A DNA stretch of 64,000 bases. Origin: a virus. Position numbers and translations under genes: made by a program. The stretch lies in the IMG/VR virus record IMGVR_UViG_3300027852_000036; one strand, given 5' to 3'. Below the pieces are notes generated by a model. The model was given only the letters and a program-made list of their open reading frames with translations. It had not been told where the DNA came from and did no database searches. This document shows positions 35,659 to 44,220 of the stretch, piece after piece (within the stretch, counting starts at the first letter, position 1; every line of letters begins with the position of its first letter).

Positions 35659-36211
35659 TTCGCTTACCTACTATAATGTTGAACTGTTCTTCCGATAGCC
35701 GTTTTCCAGCTATGAACCACTGCTTCTTTCCACAAGCAGTTACGATTGCAGGGCCCTCTAAGTTGTGTAGTTTACCGTGCCGGTACCACATACTGGATTT
35801 ACCTGGAATATACACCGCTGGACGGTTTTTAGCGTGTAATTTGCCTCCGTACTTATGGTATATCGAATCATTAGGCCCCTCTATAGTAACGTACCGTTTA
35901 GGCTTTTTAGGGGAAATATCTGCTAAAATCAAATCTAGGCGATTGTCTGGAACCGACCCTCTAGCGATACCTCCCGCTGTCCAACAATGAGGCTCAAAGT
36001 TGCCACACGGGAGCCTCACGGCTCCATGTATCGGCCAATCTTGGCCGGGATACACTTCATATACCACCACCTTACAACCCGACCTAGTCTTCTTGATTAT
36101 ATACTTCATAAACTCTAAACTAGAAATGCCCATATTAAACTCCGTCTGTATTACTAAACCATTTAATCTCGCGACCATGCGCGATCTCAAACATAAGTAC
36201 CAACTCGTCAA
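35651..36211 (-). CDS. Hypothetical N-terminal domain fused to family B repeats; start uncertain
   Basis: C-terminal LHAKNRPAV, LHNLEGPAI, WFIAGKRLSEEQF. Confidence 0.65.
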   Translation of the reverse strand: MTSWYLCLRSRMVARLNGLVIQTEFNMGISSLEFMKYIIKKTRSGCKVVVYEVYPGQDWPIHGAVRLPCGNFEPHCWTAGGIARGSVPDNRLDLILADISPKKPKRYVTIEGPNDSIYHKYGGKLHAKNRPAVYIPGKSSMWYRHGKLHNLEGPAIVTACGKKQWFIAGKRLSEEQFNIIVGKRNA

Positions 36212-36449
36212 GAGGTAGAACCTTCTTAGACTCGTATTTTGTTAGGAACTTGGCGAAAGCCTTCCAGTCATCGGAATTCATTATAGCTACGCCGTGTTCT
36301 ACTCCATAAGGGGTGCCGTCATATACATCAACACGACCCCCTGACCAATCATATCCGTTCTTTGCAAGCCACTTTCTATCTAATGGCCCTGTCCAATTAA
36401 GAAAGTAGCTGACCATTTTAGCCTCCAAATAGTGCGTTACAGGCCGCAT
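36135..36449 (-). CDS. Hypothetical protein; start uncertain
   Basis: ORF in a tightly packed leftward unit. Confidence 0.55.
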   Translation of the reverse strand: MRPVTHYLEAKMVSYFLNWTGPLDRKWLAKNGYDWSGGRVDVYDGTPYGVEHGVAIMNSDDWKAFAKFLTKYESKKVLPLDELVLMFEIAHGREIKWFSNTDGV

Positions 36450-36714
36450 AGACCCCGAAAAAGATCCCGCCCAGTATTGCTATGTTAAAAGCATTTGAAG
36501 CTGCCGAGTTCTTCTGACCAGAACCACCGTGCTGCAGGTAGGTTTCATTCTCTACAAGAGGAGCACCTCCGAGAGACTGCCTAGATACGTGGAATGATGC
36601 CATCACAGTATCTAGTTCCTCACACTGCTTGGGTGGTAAATGTTCCCGAGCTTGGTTTGTAATATAGTATAAAACCAGCTCTGTATTATGTACTCGTTTC
36701 TCTAAGTTACTCAT
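36418..36714 (-). CDS. Hypothetical protein with a C-terminal transmembrane segment
   Basis: Ends AFNIAILGGIFFGVYAACNALFGG. Confidence 0.6.
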   Translation of the reverse strand: MSNLEKRVHNTELVLYYITNQAREHLPPKQCEELDTVMASFHVSRQSLGGAPLVENETYLQHGGSGQKNSAASNAFNIAILGGIFFGVYAACNALFGG

Positions 36715-36988
36715 TATCTTCTCCTGGTGCTTTCACGTCTCTGTTTCGGTAGTATTCCGTTAGTGCGTCAATAAGTTCGTCCCTACGCGCGTCTAGCTCT
36801 CGGATCATATCCTGAATAGCTCGATCAGCGGTATCTGGTTCGAAGGTTCCTTTTAAGGGGTTAAGAACTATGTCGTCACTAGACAGATACGTTCCATCCC
36901 TAACAGCTTTCAGCTCATCTAGCAACTCTTTACGCTGCTCATGGAACGCTTCTGTAATATTCTCCCGTAGGTGTCGTTTGTTAGTCAT
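36707..36988 (-). CDS. Hypothetical protein
   Basis: 93 aa, overlapping start/stop with its neighbour. Confidence 0.6.
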   Translation of the reverse strand: MTNKRHLRENITEAFHEQRKELLDELKAVRDGTYLSSDDIVLNPLKGTFEPDTADRAIQDMIRELDARRDELIDALTEYYRNRDVKAPGEDNE

Positions 36989-36989
36989 C

Positions 36990-37094
36990 TTACATCACCT
37001 GCAAACTAATACCGCATAGATATAGCGCAGCAAAAAAGCTACCCGCGAACATTACTGTAAGCCCTACAATCATTAACTTATCTTTAATACTCAT
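36990..37094 (-). CDS. 34-aa membrane peptide, first gene after cassette 6
   Basis: Hand-translated MSIKDKLMIVGLTVMFAGSFFAALYLCGISLQVM; AAGGA RBS. Confidence 0.55.
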   Translation of the reverse strand: MSIKDKLMIVGLTVMFAGSFFAALYLCGISLQVM

Positions 37095-37110
37095 TGTAAA
37101 TTTCCTTGTT

Positions 37111-37164
37111 TTCTCGATTTCAGATTATATTATACTCAATTAAGCTAATATTGTAAAGAATTAA
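37111..37164 (-). promoter_or_regulatory. Cassette copy 6: early promoter only
   Basis: TTTACA-N17-TATAAT followed by CTGAAATCGAGAA. Confidence 0.85.
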
Positions 37165-37168
37165 TTAA

Positions 37169-37618
37169 CTAAATCCTACATTTAACATCATAATCAACTA
37201 TGTCTAGCGTGTTAATAGCCCATTTTGAATCGACCATGAGCGCTCCAGCCTCTAGCCTTACAGGCAGCTCCTTGAGAATCCCAATGTAAGCTGTGCTAGT
37301 AGGCTTCATATAGTAATAGCCTTGTGCTATTGTGGTAGTAAACCCGTCCATAAGTAGGGTTGGCCGAATACACAGGTGTTTGTCGCCACTATTGACGAGC
37401 CGTACCTCGTATCCGGATACCTCTACATCGGTACCACCTAGCCCCGGAATGGGACCTGCGTCAAAGTACCGGGAGTGTACGAATACTTCGTGCTCCTGGT
37501 CGTACGCAGCAAGTATCCAATCATCTGCAATGTAATGTACATCGCGTAAGGGGGACTGCGAACAGCCTATACATCCAAGTATAGGCAGCATGCATAGATA
37601 TTTGTAGACCTTATTCAT
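37169..37618 (-). CDS. Putative lipoprotein
   Basis: MNKVYKYLCMLPILGCIGCSQ: basic N-region, hydrophobic core and lipobox-like IGC. Confidence 0.6.
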   Translation of the reverse strand: MNKVYKYLCMLPILGCIGCSQSPLRDVHYIADDWILAAYDQEHEVFVHSRYFDAGPIPGLGGTDVEVSGYEVRLVNSGDKHLCIRPTLLMDGFTTTIAQGYYYMKPTSTAYIGILKELPVRLEAGALMVDSKWAINTLDIVDYDVKCRI

Positions 37619-38555
37619 CCTCTTCTTCGATACCACAGGCAGCCTTCTCAGCATCAGTACCTGCACGCTTAACAGCCTCACGGACAGCTTTCTTACTGCA
37701 CATCAAAGATAACGCAATCTCTGACCGGTTAGCGTTGTGTAAAAGTCGGCTATCCTTACGAATAACGCAATCTTTATCACTCCAAGTAGTTCCGATGGAT
37801 AGTCCAATAGTAATACCCTGACCACCTACGCTAGTACTGCCCATACAGGTATCATCTGAAGCTACCAGTGGGGCAGCCCATGTGGTACTTACTGGGTTAC
37901 GTTTCTGAGCCTCGTATCGACTGTTGTCTGTAAAGTTAACACTGTTGTCGCTAGTACCAGAAAGCTCTTTAGCTTCTTCAGCACTTAGACCGTTATTAAT
38001 TACAACAGCCCCGCTACCCATAACATCACCTGAAACACCTGTGACAGATCCTACGCTAGAATTACTACCAGAAGAGCTACTGGTTGAGCTATTATTGTCA
38101 CTAGAGCTATTGGACTTACTATTAGTCTTGCTGTTGTTATTAGCCGTAGTCTTGCTGTTGTTATTAGCCGTAGTCTTGCTGTTGTTATTAGCCGTAGTCT
38201 TGCTGTTGTTATTAGCCGTAGTCTTGCTGTTGTTATTAGCCGTAGTCTTGCTGTTGTTATGGCTAGCAGTAGTATTGCTATTAGTGTTAGTCCCATTAAC
38301 GGTGCCAGTATTAGTGCCGTTAGTAGTACCTGTTAGGATACCTGAAACAGTGCCGGTGTTAGTACCAGTGTTGTTCCCTGGGTTATTGGTAGAACTATTA
38401 CCGCCACTATTGTTGCTGCCTGAGTTAGAGTTGGCATTTGGGTTTGGGTTAGTGTTAGTATTGGGAGTATTCCCGTTACCGCTATTTGTAAGTGCAGGCG
38501 TCGCAGTCATAGCTAGTACTACCGCTGCTACGGCCAGTTTAATCTTTAAATTCAT
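37611..38555 (-). CDS. Secreted Asn/Ser/Thr-rich protein with NNNSKTTA tandem repeats and a Cys-rich C-terminal domain
   Basis: Signal peptide MNLKIKLAVAAVVLAMTATPALT; 24-bp tandem repeat at about 38120-38260; C-terminal DTCMGS...DCVIRK...LMC. Confidence 0.75.
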   Translation of the reverse strand: MNLKIKLAVAAVVLAMTATPALTNSGNGNTPNTNTNPNPNANSNSGSNNSGGNSSTNNPGNNTGTNTGTVSGILTGTTNGTNTGTVNGTNTNSNTTASHNNSKTTANNNSKTTANNNSKTTANNNSKTTANNNSKTTANNNSKTNSKSNSSSDNNSSTSSSSGSNSSVGSVTGVSGDVMGSGAVVINNGLSAEEAKELSGTSDNSVNFTDNSRYEAQKRNPVSTTWAAPLVASDDTCMGSTSVGGQGITIGLSIGTTWSDKDCVIRKDSRLLHNANRSEIALSLMCSKKAVREAVKRAGTDAEKAACGIEEEDE

Positions 38556-38564
38556 CTTCTAGTC

Positions 38565-38846
38565 CTAAGTTGATTGATCGAATTGTTTAATGGTCTTATA
38601 CGCATAATCTAAGCAGTCTTGTACTGTGGTGTGGCTCATTTCAGCCTGCAGTATGCACTCGATCAGTAAGCTACCTAAATTGTACTTTACACCGTCTTGG
38701 TTGTTTATCTCTACCTCTCTCCACAACTCTGTAACGTGCTGAGTTATGTACTTGAGTCGCTCTCTGCGGCTACCATGCGCAGTCGCAGATATTTCAGGGT
38801 GTGCTAATACTAACTCCTGAAGGTCTTCCCAGCTTCTACGGGGCAT
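38565..38846 (-). CDS. Hypothetical protein
   Basis: 93-aa ORF. Confidence 0.6.
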   Translation of the reverse strand: MPRRSWEDLQELVLAHPEISATAHGSRRERLKYITQHVTELWREVEINNQDGVKYNLGSLLIECILQAEMSHTTVQDCLDYAYKTIKQFDQST

Positions 38847-39108
38847 TGTGTGCTCCTACTTTACTGATATAAAAGTCTACCTTCTCTACCGAGCATTTAC
38901 GAATAAGAGGGGTAAGTAGGTCAACCTCTTCGTGAAATTCCATAGTAGGTTTATCCCGTATATCTAGGATGTGTATGCAGTACGTCGCGGTACCCGGCTC
39001 TTTATCTAAGTAGATAGAGTAGCCGTTATTGAACTGAATCTCTACTGTAGTGCCTGTTTCACGTATGTTGTTGTCTTTGCGGTATTTGTCAGAAGTTAGG
39101 TTAATCAT
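38836..39108 (-). CDS. Hypothetical protein
   Basis: 90 aa, first gene after the degenerate cassette promoter. Confidence 0.6.
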   Translation of the reverse strand: MINLTSDKYRKDNNIRETGTTVEIQFNNGYSIYLDKEPGTATYCIHILDIRDKPTMEFHEEVDLLTPLIRKCSVEKVDFYISKVGAHNAP

Positions 39109-39114
39109 GTCAGT

Positions 39115-39174
39115 TTTTCCTTGATTTCAGATTCTATTATAGCGCATTGGGCGGCTTTTGTAAAGTTTTATTTC
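39115..39174 (-). promoter_or_regulatory. Cassette copy 7 (degenerate early promoter)
   Basis: TTTACA-N17-TATAAT followed by CTGAAATCAAGGAAAAAC. Confidence 0.75.
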
Positions 39175-39184
39175 TAAACCAATA

Positions 39185-39388
39185 CTAAAGCCCCCAAATT
39201 AGGTAAATTAAGTAGCCTGCAAAGCCTGTATAAAGGCCGAAAGCAGCAACCGCTAGAGCGGCTACAAACGCAGCAGGTACTTTTAGTAAGTAATTTGGAA
39301 GCCTACCATCATACGCCGCAACTACTAGAGTTGAGAAGTATAGGAATGCGACTACTGATGTAAGTAGCACTTGTTCTGGTATATTCAT
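39185..39388 (-). CDS. Small two-helix membrane protein
   Basis: 67 aa, two hydrophobic stretches. Confidence 0.6.
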   Translation of the reverse strand: MNIPEQVLLTSVVAFLYFSTLVVAAYDGRLPNYLLKVPAAFVAALAVAAFGLYTGFAGYLIYLIWGL

Positions 39389-39438
39389 TGTATATCCTTA
39401 GTAAATTTTAGGCAACAAAAAACCCTGCAGCCGAATAG

Positions 39439-39657
39439 CTACAAGGTTAGTTGCAGAAACTGTTCAAATGTAAGTGTGTCACCCGTGTCCTTCTTGTACC
39501 TGGCGTACTCCTTGAAGGCGTCAGCCCGCCGAACCTTAGTCAGCGGGATAGGGTTGAGAATCTTATCAATTAAGTCCACCGCCTCTTCAGTAGCTAACTG
39601 AGCTTCTGTCTTAGGCTTCTTTGGCGGATTAATTAAGTCTTCCATACTAATTGGCAC
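39439..39657 (-). CDS. Hypothetical protein
   Basis: 72-aa ORF. Confidence 0.55.
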   Translation of the reverse strand: MPISMEDLINPPKKPKTEAQLATEEAVDLIDKILNPIPLTKVRRADAFKEYARYKKDTGDTLTFEQFLQLTL

Positions 39658-39922
39658 TAGGCGGACTCCCTAAGGACTCTGTGAAGGTATCTAAGAGGAC
39701 TTCTACTTTTGCTCTATCTTCCTTGTACTTGTTAGAATACTCATAAAAGTCTCCTAATCTTACGATCCTGTCTAAAGAGTCTTCGTAAGATACAAAAGGC
39801 TTAGACAGTTTTTTGAAGAAAGCTTTTCGCTCCTTTTCACAGCGGATCTCTGCCCCCATAAATAAGAGCAGTAGCTTGCGATGCGTGCCCGTAATAGAGT
39901 GTCTAACTTTAGAGCTATACAT
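39647..39922 (-). CDS. Hypothetical protein
   Basis: 91-aa ORF. Confidence 0.55.
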   Translation of the reverse strand: MYSSKVRHSITGTHRKLLLLFMGAEIRCEKERKAFFKKLSKPFVSYEDSLDRIVRLGDFYEYSNKYKEDRAKVEVLLDTFTESLGSPPSAN

Positions 39923-40269
39923 TACTTAGTCTCCTGCTTAGTGGAGGCTTTAATCAATAACTCACAAAAATGCACTAAGTCCTTTAGACTCATCTTATCC
40001 AAGCTGGGTAATTCAAAGTTCCTAGCCCCTATCATTATCTTGATAGCAGAGATGTATGGAACTTTAGAATCCAGTACCTTAGCCTTCTTAGGCGGTGCCT
40101 TATGGTAGATACCTAAAGCGGTCAACTTAGCGATAATATCATCCTCAGAAATTCCGAATTCCTCGGAGAGGGAGAAAATAGCTTCTTTACGTCCGTCGTC
40201 CGATAACTCACTCTGGTACGTAGAGACTAGGTATTCTACTTCTTTTAGAGAGTATTTCTTTGTGGCCAT
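39922..40269 (-). CDS. Second A2-family-like small DNA-binding protein
   Basis: KYSLKEV...LSEEFG...IIAKLTALGIYHK...LPSLDKMSLKDL parallels 19289-19630. Confidence 0.5.
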   Translation of the reverse strand: MATKKYSLKEVEYLVSTYQSELSDDGRKEAIFSLSEEFGISEDDIIAKLTALGIYHKAPPKKAKVLDSKVPYISAIKIMIGARNFELPSLDKMSLKDLVHFCELLIKASTKQETK

Positions 40270-40320
40270 TTTTAAAATCCAATTTCGCTTTGTGAAATGT
40301 AATTATAGCAAATCAAGCGA

Positions 40321-40512
40321 TTATTGTACAGTTTTATTTTGAATTAAGTTCTTACGGGCTTCCAAGTCTTTTATCCTATACTCTAGAGTACTTTTGAAGT
40401 GTTCCAACTCATTTTTCCTAGCCTTGAGGTACACTAATTCTATCTCTTTAGTACATTTATGTATTACCGCTTTGAGTGTCGCTATCATTATTCTATCCTT
40501 ACTATAGTTCAA
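40321..40512 (-). CDS. Small basic coiled-coil hypothetical protein
   Basis: 63 aa, TTG start overlapping the upstream gene. Confidence 0.45.
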   Translation of the reverse strand: MNYSKDRIMIATLKAVIHKCTKEIELVYLKARKNELEHFKSTLEYRIKDLEARKNLIQNKTVQ

Positions 40513-40753
40513 ATATTTGTTTTATTACCATTGCTAAGATGCCCACTACTATGGCGGTGAGCATTTTCTGATGTAAGGACCGTATAGGCTCGAAACTCTC
40601 TTTATTGACTTTAGTTTCCTCTAAACTCTCGATCCTCTCTAGTACATGCTCTAAATCCTTGGTCACTAGGTTCATGGACTGGTTTAATTCCAACTCCTTA
40701 ACCTGCATTTCCATCAATAGATGCTGTATTGTCTGTTCTTCTTTCCCTGCCAT
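40502..40753 (-). CDS. Coiled-coil protein with one C-terminal TM helix (XhlA/holin-like candidate)
   Basis: Coiled coil followed by MLTAIVVGILAMVIKQIF; next to a putative peptidoglycan enzyme. Confidence 0.45.
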   Translation of the reverse strand: MAGKEEQTIQHLLMEMQVKELELNQSMNLVTKDLEHVLERIESLEETKVNKESFEPIRSLHQKMLTAIVVGILAMVIKQIFEL

Positions 40754-40887
40754 TACAAACCCCTTGCATTATGCTTAATTGGGAGTTAACTATTCGAAGT
40801 GCTGAAGTATTCAGACCCCGCGCCGACCCCCTCTCACGCATTTTACTCCTTACAAGAGTTACACGCGTATGTATTTAGTATTGTGCG

Positions 40888-41277
40888 TCATTTTATGTGC
40901 AGCGCGAAGCCTCTAGAGTTTAAATGACCGTGAAAGTCCTCCATAGCCTTCCTAGAAGTGAATACGGCCTTATCTCCGTCTAGGCTAGTCCCAAAAGACT
41001 TACCAAGAAGTATGCAACCCTTAGTATCTTTACTATAGTTACCTACATGGAATAGTATATTGGTACGTCCAGGTACGTCTGCTACTCCATATACTAGGCC
41101 AAACCTGTGAGACTGCGTAAGCTCGCAGTAGTATACGCCTTTGGGTATACAAGATACGAAGGGAGCATTACTTATATCAGGTAGCTCCAGTGTGAACCAG
41201 GTTTTATCCCCCAGGGTAAGTATTCCTCTAGTACACTTGGGAAAATACTGTAGACGGGTTAGTACTGCTATGTCCAT
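40888..41277 (-). CDS. DUF5675-like protein (YkuD/L,D-transpeptidase fold), candidate cell-wall enzyme
   Basis: TLELP...SCIPKGVY...VPGRTNILFHVGNYSKDTKGCILLG (HxGN...GC); own promoter TTGACC-N17-TATAGT. Confidence 0.75.
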   Translation of the reverse strand: MDIAVLTRLQYFPKCTRGILTLGDKTWFTLELPDISNAPFVSCIPKGVYYCELTQSHRFGLVYGVADVPGRTNILFHVGNYSKDTKGCILLGKSFGTSLDGDKAVFTSRKAMEDFHGHLNSRGFALHIK

Positions 41278-41345
41278 AACTACTCCTCAAAAATTCCACT
41301 ATATCGAACCCCATGACGAGGGTCAAGAGCTAAATAGACAATATT

Positions 41346-41374
41346 TCTTTACAAAAGGTTGTTATAGTAGTATA
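41346..41374 (+). promoter_or_regulatory. Early promoter for the thyA operon
   Basis: TTTACA-N17-TATAAT. Confidence 0.8.
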
Positions 41375-41418
41375 ATATATATTCAAACTTAAAACATAAC
41401 TAGACTAACGGGTAAATA

Positions 41419-42249
41419 ATGAAACAGTATTTGGATTTAATGGCGGAAGTTCTAGCCCAGGGTGAAACTACCATAGACAGGACGGGCGTCGGTACCAAAC
41501 GTCTAGTAGGTCAGCAGGTAAGGTTTGACCTATCTAAAGGATTCCCAGCTGTGACCACAAAGAAGCTAGCGTGGAAGGCTGTAGTGTCTGAACTATTATG
41601 GTTTATGGAAGGCTCTACCGATGAGCGTCGTTTGGCGGAAATATTGCATGGTACTAGGAGTGAAGAAAAGAAGACGATTTGGACTGCAAACTATAAAGAA
41701 CAGGGCGGTGAGCTCGGGTATACGAATGGCTACACTGGGCCAATCTACGGCAAGCAGTGGCGAGACTTCGAAGGCGTAGATCAGCTGCAGGGAGCAATTG
41801 ATACTATCTTAACAAACCCATCTAGTAGGCGGAATATTGTAAGCGCGTGGAATCCCCCAAAGCTACCAGAAATGATCTTACCACCTTGTCATCTGTTGTT
41901 TCAATTTATGGTAAGCGAGGCAGGACGGTTACACTGTGTGACGTACCAGCGTTCCTGCGATGTATTACTAGGGCTTCCGTTTAATATTGCGTCATATGCG
42001 CTGCTAATGCATATAGTTGCTAGGGAGACAGATACTGTTCCGGGAGAGTTAGTAATGAACCTAGCGGACACTCATGTATACTTGAGCCACTTATTGGCTT
42101 GTGAGGAACAACTAGAGCGTGAGCCTATGGCTTTGCCAGAACTTCAATTCGCTACAAAGCCTTGGGACTTATACTCCCTCGGAGACTTTACATTAAAAGG
42201 GTATAAGAGCCACCCACCTCTAACTAACAACACGAGTATGGTCGTATGA
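41419..42249 (+). CDS. thyA: Thymidylate synthase
   Basis: DRTGVGT, FPAVTTKK, ELLWF, GPIYGKQWR, LPPCH, YQRSCD, GLPFNIASY. Confidence 0.97.
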   Translation: MKQYLDLMAEVLAQGETTIDRTGVGTKRLVGQQVRFDLSKGFPAVTTKKLAWKAVVSELLWFMEGSTDERRLAEILHGTRSEEKKTIWTANYKEQGGELGYTNGYTGPIYGKQWRDFEGVDQLQGAIDTILTNPSSRRNIVSAWNPPKLPEMILPPCHLLFQFMVSEAGRLHCVTYQRSCDVLLGLPFNIASYALLMHIVARETDTVPGELVMNLADTHVYLSHLLACEEQLEREPMALPELQFATKPWDLYSLGDFTLKGYKSHPPLTNNTSMVV

Positions 42250-42827
42250 TTCTATCAGCAATATTTTCAGCAGTTAAATTAAAGGAAACAGCCGACACAG
42301 ACTTGTGGGGCTTCGGTAATAACGACGACTTATTAGTATCCTGCAAAAAGGACTTACAGCTCTTCAAAGGTATGACAGACGGATGTACCTTGATAATGGG
42401 TAGGAAGACTTTTGAGTCTCTAGGAAGCCGTACACTCCCTGGACGCCTCAGTATCGTAATCACCTCTCAGGAGGGTTTAAAGGCTCCAGGTTGTTTATTC
42501 GTGCGTAGCTTAGATACTGCCGTACATGCGGCTGCTGAAGTATACGGAGCTAAGGTAGCTTACGTGATTGGAGGGGCTAAGCTAATTGAGCAGGTTATAA
42601 ATGAGCGAAGGGCGGCACACTTATATGTTTCCGTCTTCCAAACTAACCGCGTTCTAACTCTAGACGATGCTGAAGTGACCATAAACCTTCAGGACATCTT
42701 ACCTGCGTATAAAGAGTTTAGGTCAACTAGTGCGACGCTTCAAGGTTTGTCAGTATTAGGCGGGCCGCGGCGGGAAGGTGGAGTGTTAACGTTTATAGAA
42801 TATGAAGTAGATCAGGAGGCTTGGTAA
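42246..42827 (+). CDS. folA: Dihydrofolate reductase (divergent)
   Basis: GFGNNDDLL, DLQLFK, IMGRKTFESL, LPGR, VIGGA; adjacent to thyA. Confidence 0.88.
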   Translation: MILSAIFSAVKLKETADTDLWGFGNNDDLLVSCKKDLQLFKGMTDGCTLIMGRKTFESLGSRTLPGRLSIVITSQEGLKAPGCLFVRSLDTAVHAAAEVYGAKVAYVIGGAKLIEQVINERRAAHLYVSVFQTNRVLTLDDAEVTINLQDILPAYKEFRSTSATLQGLSVLGGPRREGGVLTFIEYEVDQEAW

Positions 42828-43123
42828 TGTTTGAGATGCGAGTAATAGTGCAAAGAGAAGAGACCGTAGGGACGGACTATAAAAAGGGTCAGTGGGTTGA
42901 TGCGATAAGCGATTACGACCCAGACTACCAAATAGACCGTGAAGAGTGGGCACACAGATCCGCTCAAAACCTTCGGGCTGGGTTAGTGCATATGTTAGGA
43001 GACGTGCCTAAAATATCAGATATACTGGAGTATTTCCCAACGTATACTATTAGACAGGCTTTGGAATGTCGCAACCACTATATTGAATCCTCTATAGAGT
43101 ACCAAGTAAGAGCACTACCATGA
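42821..43123 (+). CDS. Hypothetical protein
   Basis: 100-aa ORF within the operon. Confidence 0.55.
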   Translation: MVMFEMRVIVQREETVGTDYKKGQWVDAISDYDPDYQIDREEWAHRSAQNLRAGLVHMLGDVPKISDILEYFPTYTIRQALECRNHYIESSIEYQVRALP

Positions 43124-43815
43124 ACACTATTATATGTGGAGACTTACATGGTAAGCTAGATGTCGCAAAAGCTTTGCTAGACGTCTACAAGGAAGAGAAG
43201 CTTGTATTTATCGGAGACTACGTAGACAGCTTCACGGAGTCTGTGGCTACTCAGATAGCCTTACTAAGGTTACTGTTAGACGCTCGTAGAGACTCAGAAC
43301 AGAATGTCACAGTGTTGGCAGGTAACCACGAACTGTCTTATATAGATCAGAAGCATAGAGCTTCTGGGTGGAACGCTGCAATGAGTGCTCATATGCTACC
43401 CCTTGAGCCTGAGTTACGAGATCTACCTAAATTTTTATGGGTAGGTAGGTACTTAATTAGCCATGCTGGAGTTAGTCGTAAACTGCTTCAAACAATAGAG
43501 GGAGAAGGAAAGCTAACTAAGATGAAAGAGGCTAGACATCTACGGGAGTATTTGAGAGGTATGAAGTTCGACGAGATAGGGTACGCTAGAGGAGGCGCAA
43601 GCCCTGTAGGAGGATTAATGTGGTGTGACTGGTTTGAAGAGTTCACGCCCCTTACGGTAGCTAATCAAGTAGTCGGGCATTCCGGCACTAGGCGAGCTAC
43701 CGGCCCACAAGGTATTATAGAGCTAGAAGGTAATTACAACGTTGACTGCCTCGACCATACACAAGAGGTACTAAGTATTACGGATGAAGGTATTGTGGAG
43801 ATTATACCGCTATGA
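43120..43815 (+). CDS. Calcineurin-like metallophosphoesterase (Ser/Thr phosphatase-like)
   Basis: GDLHG, GDYVD, GNHE, SHAG, VGH. Confidence 0.88.
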   Translation: MNTIICGDLHGKLDVAKALLDVYKEEKLVFIGDYVDSFTESVATQIALLRLLLDARRDSEQNVTVLAGNHELSYIDQKHRASGWNAAMSAHMLPLEPELRDLPKFLWVGRYLISHAGVSRKLLQTIEGEGKLTKMKEARHLREYLRGMKFDEIGYARGGASPVGGLMWCDWFEEFTPLTVANQVVGHSGTRRATGPQGIIELEGNYNVDCLDHTQEVLSITDEGIVEIIPL

Positions 43816-44156
43816 TAACATTTAAAGAAGTGATAGCTAAGTGGAACACTTATGTAAATTATGTTCCTACAGTATCACCCTATGTGTTTATGTATAAGCA
43901 CAGTGATAAAGTAGTAGCTTTGTTCAACGCTAGAGACATTGGGGAGTTTTATGGCCCTAAAGCGTTAGAGCATGCACTCCTCTCTGCCCACAAGTTGAGC
44001 GATAAAGAGGTAGCAGAAGAAGGTAGTACAAAAGCTTGCCCCGAGTGTGGGAATACTAAGTTAGTCTTACTAAGGACACACAATTTAAAAGCCTGTAACC
44101 GATGTGGCCATAAGATGCAGTGGTTGCTAGAAGATGGGCAATCTAGCATTCAATAA
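43812..44156 (+). CDS. Zinc-ribbon hypothetical protein
   Basis: CPECG...CNRCG. Confidence 0.6.
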   Translation: MITFKEVIAKWNTYVNYVPTVSPYVFMYKHSDKVVALFNARDIGEFYGPKALEHALLSAHKLSDKEVAEEGSTKACPECGNTKLVLLRTHNLKACNRCGHKMQWLLEDGQSSIQ

Positions 44157-44220
44157 AATAAAACTTTACAATAGGTGGTTAATTGCCGTATAATAGTCAT
44201 TGATTAATTGAGGAAAGCAT

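Noticed and set aside
37924-38562. 212-aa Leu/Val-rich plus-strand ORF resembling a membrane protein
   Set aside because: It is the antisense read-out of the NNNSKTTA repeat gene and has no supporting promoter or RBS.
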